Below are positions 52,458-64,000 of a stretch of 64,000 nt of DNA, one piece after another (the first letter of the stretch is position 1; each line of letters starts with the position of its first letter). The stretch spans positions 88,164,001-88,228,000 of the forward strand of contig CM060731.1 of NCBI GenBank assembly GCA_030704615.1. The letters are read 5' to 3'. The stretch comes from Takakia lepidozioides. Taxonomy: Eukaryota; Plantae; Bryophyta. The position numbers were made by a program, and so were the translations under genes. The notes beneath the pieces were generated by a model. It was not told the DNA's origin and did no database searches. It worked only from the letters and a program-made list of their open reading frames with translations.

Positions 52458-53500
52458 GAAATGCGGCACCGCATTTCAATGTCTGAATGGAAATGTGGCA
52501 ACTGCAAAAACCTCGTTTGGAAATGCGGCACCGCATTTCCAAAACCGGGGCAAGAACAATTTTCTGTTTCATGGTTTGGACATCAGAAACTGTTCGGACA
52601 AACGGAAATGCGGTGCCGCATTTCCGTTTTCGACACGGCAGTTTTGCCGATTGTCAGCTCCTTCCATGGAGGTAAATCGAAATGCGGAGGTCGAACATGG
52701 AAATGCGGTGCCGCATTTACCTTTTGGAGATGGACATTTTTCCAACTGCAGACCCATCGACGTTCTTGGGCTCCCCATTCCATGATGCTAGACGGGAATG
52801 CGGCACCGCATTCCATTGTCCAATAAGAAATTTCGATGACGTACATGGAAATGCGGCGCCGCATTTCCAAAACGGACATCGTTGTTTGCCCAATTCCAGA
52901 CCCTTTGACGGAAATGCGGCACCGCATTCCATCGTCCTATAAAAACTTACATTGTCCTATAAAAACTTTCGATTGCCCAACATGAGAATGCGGCGCCGCA
53001 TTTCAAAAACAGACATCGTTGTTTGTCCAATTCCAGACTCGTGTGGGCATTCCGTCTTGATGGACGGAAATGCGGCACCGCATTCCATTGTCCGATTCGA
53101 TATTTTGATGACGGACATGGAAATGCGGTGCCACATTTCCAGAACGGACATCGTTGTTTGTCCAATTCTAGACCCTTCGACGGAAATGCGGCATCGCATT
53201 CCATTGTGCTCTCCGGAAATGCTGTGCCGCATTTCATTGTCCGGTACGAAATTTCGATGACGGACATGGAAATGCGGTGGCGCATTTCAAGTATGGACAT
53301 GGACAAGCATTAGCGACTGGACATGCTTGGACAGTTCAAGGTCCAATATGGAAATGCGGCGCCGCATTTCAAATTCGAAGTATGGTAATGCCATGTCAGG
53401 AAATGAAATGTTGTACAACATTTCCGTTACGTCGACAATGGAGGAAAGGGAGCTGCCAGAAATCGCTGCATGGAGAAAAATGAAATGCGGTGCCGATTTT
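52458..53500. repeat. Second palindrome array, copy 3
   Basis: Same core; spacers diverged from 26220-27020. Confidence 0.9.
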
Positions 53501-53778
53501 CCGAGCTTCGGCGTGTACATGTTTCCTACAACTCATAGATGGATTTTCTTCACCTCAGGACTCTGATATCGCTGACTCTGGTATAGTCATATGGACAGAC
53601 ACATTGTACAAATGAGACCTCAAATTGTAAACAGTGGGCCAATTACGGCAGTTCTTGAACACGATGAAATACAAGCACACAGAAGTGAGGTACGATGGGT
53701 TTTTTTATTGATCGAACACGGTGTCTCACATTTAGCAACTCCAGACAAATCTAAGCCCTTCCTCCTTCTACATGGGCG

Positions 53779-54357
53779 TCACCAAGTCGACGGAACTTCG
53801 ATAGCCCTCAAAACAAGCTCATTACTGATGCGGCACCTCGAGGTAAACTGCAATGCGGTCGATCTGGTGCCCTTGGTGGAGCTGACGACAATGTCATGCC
53901 CATCAATCATACCACCATCATACATTGACAAGGTCACTGTGGGCCTCCTGTGCCCGTGCGATTCGTCTTCGCAACTCAGCCGAATGTCTCCATACACTGG
54001 AAAAGCGGAGTGAACTCCACGAATATAGTTTTCCCCGGTGCCGTCCTCCCTGGTCCACTGGCAGCAGTTCCAGCGCCAAAGTGAGGCCATGCGTGATCTG
54101 TCCGGCATCCCATTCCACCTTGGTATATTGAGGTCAACAATTTTCAGGACCCAAGGACCGCATTGACCCTCGCCCTCACCTCGCTCAAAGCGGTAATAGC
54201 CCTCCAGATACTCCATTGCGCGCAAAGACTCTCGCTTGATTCCAGAAGCGTCTGTGAAAACAGAGAGCCAGACAATGATGTCTCCTGATTCTGGTTTGAA
54301 CATAGCATAATCGTCGCCATGATAAGGGCAGTCAGCAGGATTTCGGCGGCACGACAT
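53779..54357 (-). CDS. ORF X, unknown function (192 aa from MSCRRNP)
   Basis: Open frame; conserved against copy 2 and paralogous to ORF Y. Confidence 0.7.
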   Translation of the reverse strand: MSCRRNPADCPYHGDDYAMFKPESGDIIVWLSVFTDASGIKRESLRAMEYLEGYYRFERGEGEGQCGPWVLKIVDLNIPRWNGMPDRSRMASLWRWNCCQWTREDGTGENYIRGVHSAFPVYGDIRLSCEDESHGHRRPTVTLSMYDGGMIDGHDIVVSSTKGTRSTALQFTSRCRISNELVLRAIEVPSTW

Positions 54358-54898
54358 CCCTGAAAAAGAGTAGCGGAGTACGCTCAATGACAACAGCTCC
54401 CGGATGGAGGAGGCAGCAGCGCGGTGGCTGGAAGAAATTCAAGCAAACGCTGCAATTCCTCACAAACACTCCAGGGCACATTTTAATTTCCCCCCGACAG
54501 GAACCTGCACGGATGAAGATTGGCTGCTCCATGAATGTAGCCGTTTCAGTTTCCTTCCCTGCCATGCAAACTATGGGCAGTAAGTGCCAGGTGGGCCTAT
54601 AGTCACTCGAGACGACGAAGTCCATCCCCCCTTCGATGTAAATGCGGCGCCGAATTTCCATCCGGGGGATGGACTTCGGTGGCAGATTTCAAACTATACC
54701 CTGTGGATGAGAAAGACGTATCGGTTCATTGGCGTGATGAACACGTTACACGATGATTGGTGGGAACTTGTGACCCAGATGCTCCATTATTGGAGCCCGC
54801 ACTGCTCTTCCGCTTCTCATCATTTCGAAAATCTAAGGGCTTTGTTGCTGTCCGCAAGGTCATTGTCATCGGCATCAAAGACGTCCTCCTTTGCAAGG

Positions 54899-55461
54899 AT
54901 GTCGTGCTTCCGGAATCGGGACGACTGCCCTTATGGAAGCATCGATTATGCAATGTATTCGGCCACATCGGGAGACATCGTTATCTGGTACACAGATTAC
55001 ACAGAAGATACTGGTTCGAATGTGGAAACATTGTCCGCTTTTGAGTATCTCCCAGGCCAGTACGCCTTCGAGCGGGGTGACAATCTTGGTCTGAGGAGTC
55101 GTGGCTCCTGCGCATCCTTGATTCCGATTTTCCCAGCTACGACAGGCACCCATGCAGAAGAATGCGCACTGCTATGCTGTTGCGGTGGAACTGCTGCCAG
55201 TGGACGTGGGTGGACTCCATCGGAGAGACTTATACTCCTGAAGGAGTGCACTCATCTTCTCCATTGTATGGGGACATTCGCATTGGTGTGGACGACGAAA
55301 ACGTGAAGCTTTCCATATTCGATGGTGGTATGATTGAAGGGCACGACATTGTGGTGAACATCAACAGGGGCGGTACAACGGCGGCAATCCAGTTTACCTG
55401 GAGGAGTCCGATGACTCATGAGCTAGTTCTCAGAGCAGTCGAAGTCCCATTGACAACGTGA
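54899..55461 (+). pseudogene. ORF Y, frameshifted copy
   Basis: Homologous to 28404-28967, split across frames. Confidence 0.72.
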
Positions 55462-55924
55462 CTTGTATTCAGAAGGCACAGGGCTAAAGATTTGTTTGCA
55501 CAATCAGCACAGTAGACGTGCTTCAAATGCAATTCATGTGGATCAATAAAAACCCCATTGTGCCCTCTTTTTGTTCTATTTTGTATCCATCGTTCCCAAA
55601 ATGCATCATTCCTCATTTCGTTTGGGATTGGGAGTGTGGGTGGATTTTGCAAGTGGCTGGTAGGCTGAAATGGGCCCCCATTGTACAGAGCAGTACCACC
55701 CTACCATTCGTGAAACATTGCCTTTCAATATGTAATTCTAAAAAACATTGCCAAACCTCCTTCATCGGGAGGTCCTTCTCCCCCTATGACCGTGACACCC
55801 TAAACCCTATTCCCGCGGACACTCATTTCCGGAAAATAGTCCTGCTCATGTTTTTTTCGACACTTACGACTCTGCTCATGGCTCATGCCGCTCATGGCTC
55901 ATGGCTCATGAAATAGCAGCCCCC

Positions 55925-56165
55925 CCACAAAGGGCCAGTATACTAGGCCTAAAATACCCGTAATTGGAAGCCCCAAACAATGTGCTTCAAAGCACACTGT
56001 TTGTGGCCCCCTCTGTGCCTGTTTTTGGAATTCAAAATGGGCCATGTTTGATGTCTAAATGTGCCACACAGGTCTAGTGTGCCAAGTTCCAAACACCGGT
56101 AGTTGGAAGCATGAAACAGTGTGCGGCAACGCACACTGTTTGTGCCCCCCTTTCCGGTTTTTTGT
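55925..56165. repeat. Continuation of the family-C array
   Basis: The same hairpin units resume after the TSD. Confidence 0.9.
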
Positions 56166-56276
56166 TTGTAAATTTGTCTTCTTGTTCCTCTTCTTGGTGG
56201 TTCTCGGATGGAGTTGCATAAGTCGCTCAAATGAATATGTAGGTGCCTGGTTTTCAATCTTTTTAGATCCTTCTGG

Positions 56277-57268
56277 ATGTCTATTTCACAGACACGATTG
56301 TTTGAAGCTGTTTGTCTCGTCCGAGTGCATCCACCTACGACTCCAGCCGTCATTAGGGAGTTTGCCATCACTCATGGGGGCAAGTTCATAGACAAGAGGA
56401 CAGATCCTCCCATGGATGACATGCACCACAACTACGTGGACAGCAACGTCTGTTTGCGAAGGGGGATTGGGGTTCCTTGGAGAGGGGCCAAGGAGAGGAG
56501 CCCGGCTTTCATTCAAACGATTGTGGAGTGCTGCACCTACACCGACGCCAGAGTTTTGGATTTGTCAATGGGCACAGGTTTGTCTCTTCAACATTCACAT
56601 TTGATCGGGTTTGTTTGAGCTTGCACTTTCAGCGTTTCTCACCGTTCCAAATGAGTCTTCAATGTCTATTTCCTTCCTTCTATTCCATTGCAGGTGCTTC
56701 GTACCACGCTTGCAAGGCCAGTGCGCGACATCTCTTCGGGATTGAAGGGGATGCCAAAATTTACAAGAACCTCCTGATGGGTTTGGGTGGACAAACTTCT
56801 CAAGTCCTTCCAAAGCCGGTTCTTGGTGATATTGATATAGGGGAGACGTCCGACAAGGAGCTGGACTCTGACTTTGCCTGTGAGTAAGTTCAACATGTGG
56901 ATGCTTGCATTCTTGTTTCACTGGAATCACTGTTCTTTAAGGCAAGGTGCACATGAGAGACATCCTCTTCGTTGGACTTGTGCATTGCATCATTGTATTC
57001 AAAATGGGTTTTTGACAACTTGTGCAGGAGTCCGTGTGCTTCCACTGACCCTCCAGGTCTATCACAACTTCTTGGACTTCTTTCAAGTCCTCCTCAGTCT
57101 TACATGCTACCCATCTATGTGGAGGCACTCGCAGCAAGCATGTCCGTTCATGGCACTCGCAGTCCAACCATCGACGGTCGTGGTATAAGACGTGGTGTTG
57201 GGGCCGGAATCTTTGTGGATGACATAGCAAAGGAGGTCGATTCTGATTCTGATGACTTTGACACTTGA
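56277..57268 (+). pseudogene. Family-C methyltransferase gene, 3' exons only
   Basis: RSPAFIQTIVECCTYTDARVLDLSMGT-G/ASYHACKASARHLFGIEGD with the same intron positions as A; last exon YMLPIYVEALA resembles YSLPSYAAKLA. Confidence 0.8.
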
Positions 57269-57597
57269 TATCAAGTTTTCTTTTACTTTTATTCGGGGCC
57301 AATTTTGAGATGGGATGGTGGTGTGTCCTTGTTGTCTTGTTTGCAATGTGTGTGTGGGAAGAACAAACTATCGTTGGAGATGGGGGTTGCATGGACTGCC
57401 TGTATTGTTCCTTCAATCTCTTTAGTGTTTTCCGGAGCTCACAGTCTTGTGTGCATTGCAAAAACAAACAAACGTCTTTGGTTTGGGCAGTGTATTATCG
57501 CATCATTTGCTCGTTGGTCTCCAAACCATTCCAGCCAGAAGAATGTTTGGTAAATCCACCACGTTAAAGTCCACGTGATCAAAGATCGTTCAGGCAT

Positions 57598-57760
57598 ACT
57601 TCTGCTGAGCATCCATGATGCTCCCGCACATACCATACATGTTGGCAAGGGTGGTAAGTAAGAAAACATTTCGCACGGATCCACTTTGGATGATGTGAGT
57701 GTGCACCTGCTCACAACGTAGCCACATTCCAATGCAAGGGCTTGGTATGTTAATAACGTC
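57598..57760 (-). pseudogene. Short PLS-class PPR gene fragment
   Basis: QVHTHIIQSG..NVFLLTTLANMYGMCGSIMDAQQ matches the land-plant PPR L/S-motif pattern. Confidence 0.65.
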
Positions 57761-57964
57761 TAAATAGATGCAATGGATAGAAAGGATGGATACAATGGAT
57801 GTAACACATCCAGTCTGCATTCCCTAGAAATGGCTGATCAACTCGCGGTAATAGGTGACACCCGCGGAAATAGGCCCTGTATGCCTGCTGACGCGACATG
57901 AGCCTGTGCTGGGCTCACAGGCTCACGCCTTTGGGCTCACGGAATAGCACCCCCCATCCGATGG

Positions 57965-58250
57965 GGTAGTATATTCCTCAACGACCGCCTGATGCTTCCT
58001 GCTCTTTAATTTTTTGGAGAAGGGGACGACCCATGTTGGCGACTCTCCATCATCTTCATCGTCAAATTGCCTCTCTCTCTGCTGCTTTCGACTTGAAACC
58101 TTTACCTTTCCAAAGCACGTCCTTGAAGCGCACAAGGTTAGGCCCGACAGGAGGACCCGTGCTAGAAGGTCGAGGGTGTGTGCGGGCTGTAGTAGCTTCC
58201 TCCTTTTCGTCCTGCGGGTCTTCAGAGCCCTGCGATCCCTCCACCACCTC
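57965..58250 (-). pseudogene. Family-B ParB-MTase exon-2 5' part
   Basis: VVEGSQGSEDPQ..ARTHPRPSSTGPPVGP.LVRFKD..KGK, homologous to family-A exon 2. Confidence 0.75.
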
Positions 58251-58299
58251 ACTATGAGGCTGTGCAACATAAGAGAAACTAAAGAGAAGAATGGGAGCC

Positions 58300-58915
58300 C
58301 GGACGGAAATGCGGCACCGGATTATCATCCCACCATGTATCAAGGATGCTTAGGTGTCAATTAGGACGGAAATGCGGCACCACATTTCCATCCACAATGG
58401 TAGGAAGGCATGGTCCAGTGGGAACCCGGATGGAAATGCGGTGTCGCATTTCCGTCCCACTAGGTATAAAGTGATCGGTAGGTGTCAGTCCGGACAAAAA
58501 TGCGGCAGCGCATTTCCGTCGCCAAGTTCATCCCGCCCACCTCTTTTCCCCAAATGATGATCATCGTGCAAAGGGGGATGCGAGTCGGGACGGAAATGCG
58601 GTGCCGCATTTCCGTCTCGACTGCCATCCACCCGTGCTCTTTGAAAGTCGTTTGACGGTGGTTTTTTTTTTTCCCCTCTAGTCATCCCCGCTGGATGGGA
58701 ATTGCGGCGCCGCATTTTCAACCACAGGGGGGGAGGGGGGAAATAACCCCTGATTGTTTTTCCTCTAGTCATCGCCGCTGGATTGAAATGCGGTGCCGCA
58801 TTTCCATTCAAAGGGGGTGAAAACAAGAAATAAAAAATTCTCAGTTTCTGTTTTTTTCCTTTTTTTCTCTTGTCATCGCCGCTAGATGGAAATGCGGCGC
58901 CGCATTTCCAACAAC
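58300..58915. repeat. Family-B palindrome array (A-type core, unrelated spacers)
   Basis: About 8 copies of GGAAATGCGG-YR-CCGCATTTCC variants. Confidence 0.85.
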
Positions 58916-58935
58916 AGAGGGTAGGAGGGGGGGGG

Positions 58936-59323
58936 GAGGTTTACTATTTCATGAGCAGAAACCATGAGCCATGAGCCATGAGCCGCATGAGCCGCATGAG
59001 CGGTGAGCCGAAGTCTAAGACACGCGGATTTCATGAGCGGACTCCTCCAAATTTGGAAATGCGGCAGATTAAACAAGTATTAAAATAATAGTTTTATATT
59101 TGACCTTGCCGTTTTTGGAAGTTACAGATCGTGTAATGCGGCGAAGATATGTCGTCAGTAACAACTCCGCTCATGGTTTTTTAGATCCGTTCATGGAAAT
59201 GAGTGACCGTGCAATGAGAAATCCAGTATACCACGGCAAAAGGACGTCGCATACTGGCCTGTATAGAGTATTCCGCGGTTTTACATGCCTTAACATTGGA
59301 ATGAAGCTGACCCTTTTGCCGCG
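58936..59323. mobile_element. Truncated family-A left end
   Basis: GAGGTTTACTATTTCATGAGC at 58936; near-identical to 38586-38980. Confidence 0.88.
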
Positions 59324-59491
59324 ACAGTGTGCTTCAAAGCACACTCTTTGAGGCCCCCTCCATGCCTGTTTTTTGATTTCAAAATGGGCCATGTTTGATG
59401 ACTAAATGTGCCACATAGGGTCAGTGTGCCAAGTTCAAAACACCCGTAGTTGGAAGCACCATACAGTGTGCGGCAACGCACACTGTTTGGG
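59324..59491. repeat. Isolated piece of the family-C array
   Basis: Both hairpin types are present. Confidence 0.85.
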
Positions 59492-61147
59492 GGGGGCTGC
59501 TATTTCATGAGCCATGAGCCATGAGCGGCATGAGCCATGAGCCATGAGCAGAGTCGTAAGTGTGGAAAAAAACATGAGCAACACTATTTTCCGGAAATGA
59601 GTGTCCGCGGGAATAGGGTTTAGGGTGCCACGGTCATAGGGGGAGAAGGACCTCCCGATGAAGGAGGTTCGGCAATGTTATTTAGAATTATATATTGAAA
59701 GGCAATGTTTCGCGAATGGAAGGGTGGTACTGCTCTGTACAATGGGGGCCCATTTCAGCCTACCAGCCACTTGCAAAATCCACCCACACTCCCAATCCCA
59801 TGAGCAATGACGCATTCTCGGAACGATGGACACAGAATAGAATAAAAAGAGGGCACAATGAGGTTTTTATTGATCCACATGAATTGCATTTGAAGCACGT
59901 CTACTGTGCTGATTGTGCAATCAAATCTTTAGCCCTGTGCCTACTGAATACAAGTCACGTTGTCAATGGGACTTCGACTGCTCTCAGAACTAGCTCATGA
60001 GTCATGGGGCTCCTCCAGGTAAAGTCGATTGCAGCCGTTGTACCGCCCCTAGTGATGTTCACCACAATGTCCTGCCCTTCAATCATACCACCATCGAATA
60101 TGGAAATCTTCACATTTTCGTCGTCCACACCAATGCGAATGTCCCCATACAATGGAGAAGAGGAGCGCACTCCTTCAGGAGAATAGGTCTCTCCGATGGA
60201 GTCCACCCACGTCCAGTGGCAGCAGTTCCACCGCAACAGCATAGCAGTGCGCCTTCTTCTGCATGGGTGACCGTTGTAGCTGGGAAAATCGGAATCGAGG
60301 ATGCGCAGGAGCCACGGACTCCTCAGACCAAGATCGTCACCCCGCTCGAAGGCGTAGTGGCCTAGGATATACTCAAAAGCCACCAATGTTTCCACAATCG
60401 AACCAGTATCTTCTCTGTAATCTGTGTACCAGATAACAATGTCTCCCGATGTGGCCGAATACATTGCATAATCGATGCCTCCAAATGGGCAGTCGTCCCG
60501 GTTCCGGAAGCACGGCATCCTTGCAAAGGAGGACCTGAGGACGACTTGGATGCCGATGACAATGACCTTGCGGACAGCTACGAAGCCCTTAGATTTTGGA
60601 AATGATGCGAAGCGGAAGAGCAGTCCGGCCTCCAATAATGGAGCATCTGGGTCCCACGTACCCACCGACGGAGGTGGAACGTGTTCATCACGCCAGCGGT
60701 GGATGAACCCATACATCTTTCTCATCAACAAGTTATAGTTTGAGATCTGCCACCGAAGTCCATCCCCCCGGATGGAAATTCGACGCCGCATTTACATCGA
60801 AGAGGGGATGGACTTCGTCGTGTCCAGTGGCTATCGGCCCACCTGGCAGTGAGTGCCCATAGTTTGCATGGCAGGGTAGGAAACTGAAACGGCTACATTC
60901 ATGAAGTAGCCAATCTTCATCGGTCCAGGATCCTGTAGGGGGGAAATTTAAATGTGCCCTGGAGTGTTTGTGAGGAATTGCAGCGTTAGCTTGAACTTTT
61001 TCCAGCCACCGCGCTACTCCTCCTCCATCCGGGAGCTGCTGTCATTGAGCGTACTCCGCTACTCTTTTTCAAGGATGTCGTGCCGCCGAAATCCAGCCGA
61101 CTGCCCTTATCATGGCCACGATTATGTTATGTTCAAACCAGAATCAG
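59492..61147. mobile_element. Inverted family-A right end with ORF Y and the start of ORF X
   Basis: GGGGGCTGCTATTTCATGAGC at 59492; reverse complement of ~27783-29409. Confidence 0.88.
59955..60518 (-). CDS. ORF Y, open copy
   Basis: Nearly identical in protein to 28404-28967. Confidence 0.7.
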   Translation of the reverse strand: MPCFRNRDDCPFGGIDYAMYSATSGDIVIWYTDYREDTGSIVETLVAFEYILGHYAFERGDDLGLRSPWLLRILDSDFPSYNGHPCRRRRTAMLLRWNCCHWTWVDSIGETYSPEGVRSSSPLYGDIRIGVDDENVKISIFDGGMIEGQDIVVNITRGGTTAAIDFTWRSPMTHELVLRAVEVPLTT

Positions 61148-64000
61148 GAGGTTTGCTATTTCATGAGCATGAGCGGCATGAGCGGCATGAGCGGCATGAG
61201 CAGAGTAGTAACACAATCGGTTTTCATGAGCAGAAGTACAAATTTCGAAAATAAAAAACAATAAAAAACAATAATTTAATGCAATGTGTCAGGAAAAACA
61301 AATATATTAATCGGCCCCTTGAAGGGAAAATTGCACTTTTGACAGTTGTGCTCATGATATTTCGTCTTCCGCTCATGCCAATTCCCAGCGACATGTGCAA
61401 ATATGGCGCCGAATTTCGCGGTAATAGGGTCCGTAACCTGAAAAACGGCGACGTATTTCGCGGTAATAGGTCTCTCTGGCGAAAAATGGGAACGAATTCC
61501 GCGGCTATAGGTCCCCTCATGACAGGTAATTCAGCGCCATTTTTCCAGTGCATGTTCGGACTTAGCCAGTTCGGACTTAGCATTTTCAGACGTGCAACTC
61601 ACCTCCCGCATATAGTCGCCGAACTGGAGGAAACGATAATGCCACCATGCTAGCCAACTGACCATTGCTCCCTCGTCTGATTTCCTTACAACACCTGACG
61701 ATGTCCACCAAGCCCGTATGCATGCAAACTGTGTCTCTGCATCATCCAAGGTAGGAGCGCGCTTCCACGCAAGGCACATGGAACGGTGCTCCTCTCTGAA
61801 ATCTGGCGCCACGAGCCTGGTTGTGTACTGCGAAAGGCTTTGCAGAAAATGGAACCCACAAGATCTCTCCTTGCCTTCCATGGGAACATTGGGGTCTTGC
61901 CCGTACACCCTTCGGATGGCAGCCCAATTTGCTTGTGCGTTGTCTGCCATGAAACCACGGAAATTCGGAGGGGGCAATCCCGCCTTGGCCATCTGTTCGT
62001 TTATTCCCTGCCAAAGAAGCATCTCCGATTGTGTGTCCTCTCCTTTCATCTCACAAATAGCAATTGTCATTAGCATCCTGCAGTGGGTGTCGTAGACATG
62101 TGCACCCATTGTCACCCACTGGTGATTTGTAATTCACTTGATATGGTCGAACATGACCAAACTGTTTGACAAGTTCCTACTCGTCATCCTGTCAACCAGT
62201 TCGACGCCGCTGCCAGGTCCACACGTGGACATTTTGAATACGAAACAACGATCTGCCTCAGTCCATTGTCCTGGAAACCTACTTCCATGAATGTAGTCAT
62301 ATCCACATCGTCGCTTCACCTCCAGAATGGAGTGCATATCCGAGCCACGCCCAATTTTCTGTTTGCATGAGACAATGTGGTTTCGGACATTCGGTGAACA
62401 TACGTGGGACACCGACTCCAGCAATGCCTCCATTTCCTTCTCGTCGAGAGGAACTCTATCGGAGCCGTCTTCCGACATAATTCTGGCCAATGCCATCTTA
62501 TGGGCGGCTTGGAGCTGTATCTGTTTGGGTTTGGCACCCGATCTCAACTTAACCTCCTCCTGAACGAGCTGCTCTGCTTCGTGGGCAGCCTCCCGCGAGT
62601 TCCCCCTCGCCAATTTGTGACAATGGGAACCAACGTGTATGCAAGCTGGTGTGAGGTCAGGGAAACGGTGCAACACATAGAACTGCTTGGCATTACAAAC
62701 AGACATGCAGTGTGGTGGTTCTTTGCAATGCGCACACTTAAATGTGGAGTTCGGAACCTTCTCCTGAGCTCGAAATGGTTGATGAGCTGTGCCTGTCCAA
62801 TCGGTCTCGTTCCTGTGACCTCTGGATTTAAAGTGGAAGCAAGTTGGGGAGAAACACCGCAACGCGCCCGCACAAACAACGTAGCGCACCCGCACACCAT
62901 CGAGCATCTTCATGCTGGTGGTTTTGGTAACGCACCAAGGATGACCGTCATGTTTTCTATCCATATCTGTCAACATTCCGGACGCCCTCGAGTAGTCCGC
63001 CCGAGGAGGGAACTCAAAGAAGATATTACCGTCGACGTCGGCGGGAAGGCATGTAACCGATTTAATTGCGAACTTGCTGTAGTCCAGCCCGGCCAGCTCC
63101 GACCGGTGTCCCTCCAGGTGAAGCCCTCGCAGAATTTCAAGAATAGATCGAACTGCGGTGCTCGTGCTGGGAATATGACTCCCTCCTCCACTGACGTCCA
63201 TTGAGGACTTGCCTGATCTCCAGGACGACCTCGGAACTTCCATGACCTCGTCTGAGTCGGACAGGTTGTGAACAACCCGGTTCTGGCTCGTCTTCATGGA
63301 TGGGTTCGGCTCTGGATTTACTTCGTTGCGGACTTCTCTCTTTGAGGTAGCCACTCTCTGATTCGCGGATTGTTTCGTGGAAGGCGCCAGGATAGAAGGT
63401 GCATTTGGCGGGCAAATAAAGTCCCCAACAGCCCTGTATATGACGCTGTCCAATGGTGGAACTCGCCATTCCCTGCCATCGCCGAAATCATCGTGGAGCA
63501 CAACAATACTGTCGACAACAAGGCCGTTAGAGTCCTTCCTTTCCTCCTCCAAAAAAACCGACCCCGGTTTCAGGTGGTATCGAACGCACAGATATTTCTC
63601 CATCACCCGGCAGGTGTCCCCTCTGCACGGAAATGAAGCTCTATGCTCGTGAGGAGGGCAGTACACTGTAGCGCTCGGGTTTTCCGCCATGGGAGATGTG
63701 CACACAAGACTCCCAGGATGGAGTGCGGGGAAGCTCCCTGGTAGAAGGGGGATGCAGCGATGGGAATGAATGCGATGCCGATTTGTCCGAGCGACGAAGC
63801 CTGATCCAAATCCAGGGAGCCAACTATCTCAAAAATCCACAGTCAGAGTGTTAATGAACCTTGTCTCCGGAATGCGGCCCCTGGTCTTTGCGCAATAACT
63901 GCCAACGGTATGCAGTCAGAAAGTGGGGGGCCGTCCGGATGATGACGGCTGAAGGGGAGAAGCCGGCACCGTGCCGTCACATTACTACCCCCGAATGGAA
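61148..64000. mobile_element. Family-D Mutator-like element (partial), inserted in ORF X
   Basis: Terminus GAGGTTTGCTATTTCATGAGCATGAGCGGCATGAGC interrupts ORF X after ..KPES. Confidence 0.8.
61603..63690 (-). pseudogene. Family-D transposase exon 1 (single nonsense codon; last exon with E and SWIM absent)
   Basis: ORFs 62134-63705 and 61531-62115 are in one frame separated by CGA>TGA; GCM-like region, VMFD, FMAD and CGFH present. Confidence 0.85.

Larger units (their letters stand above)
38586..55924. mobile_element. Family-A composite element, copy 3 (17.3 kb, internally rearranged), inserted in the family-C array
   Basis: TSD CCACAAAG at 38578-38585 and 55925-55932; termini GAGGTTTACTATTTCATGAGC and ATAGCAGCCCCC. 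Confidence 0.9.
33303..57955. mobile_element. Family-C Mutator-like element (about 7.3 kb without the nested A copy)
   Basis: TSD ATCCGATGG at 33294-33302 and 57956-57964. Right end reverse complement GGGGGGTGCTATTCCGTGAGC; GTGAGC subterminal repeats at both ends (left end degenerate). The flanks rejoin into the B-gene reading ..EEYTTPSD-QSPSPTKSKK. Confidence 0.8.
31118..58935. mobile_element. Family-B element (diverged relative of A, inverted, deleted); host of nested C and A elements
   Basis: Starts GGGGGCTGCTATTTCATGAGC at 31118. Its minus-strand ParB-MTase gene is split at 33302/57956 by element C. Its palindrome array lies at 58300-58915. The other end is not seen. Confidence 0.72.

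Overview
This is eukaryotic, almost certainly land-plant, repeat-rich DNA (GT-AG introns, a PLS-type PPR fragment, CACTA ends, a solo LTR), and no intact host gene is recognisable. About 85% of the window is a nested cluster of large Mutator-like (MULE) DNA transposons from at least four related families, here called A-D. They have short G(A/G)GG..CTATTTCATGAGC termini and 8-9 bp target-site duplications (TSDs). The family-A layout is: left end <- intron-containing GCM-like/DDE/SWIM transposase <- array of a 22-34 bp palindrome (GGAAATGCGG-YR-CCGCATTTCC) with an exact 53-bp period -> ~10-exon gene fusing a ParB/Srx-like domain to a beta-class (N4C/N6A-type) DNA methyltransferase domain -> second palindrome array <- ORF X / ORF Y -> (divergent paralogues of unknown function) -> right end. 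Family C keeps the same layout but uses a different palindrome. The main hypothesis (inference) is a transposon-encoded ParB-methyltransferase plus a family-specific parS-like palindrome array, acting in self-recognition, epigenetic marking/anti-silencing or insertion targeting. Every copy here is damaged by frameshifts, CpG/CHG-type stops, deletions or an assembly gap. Domain calls come from motifs read by eye, not from database searches.
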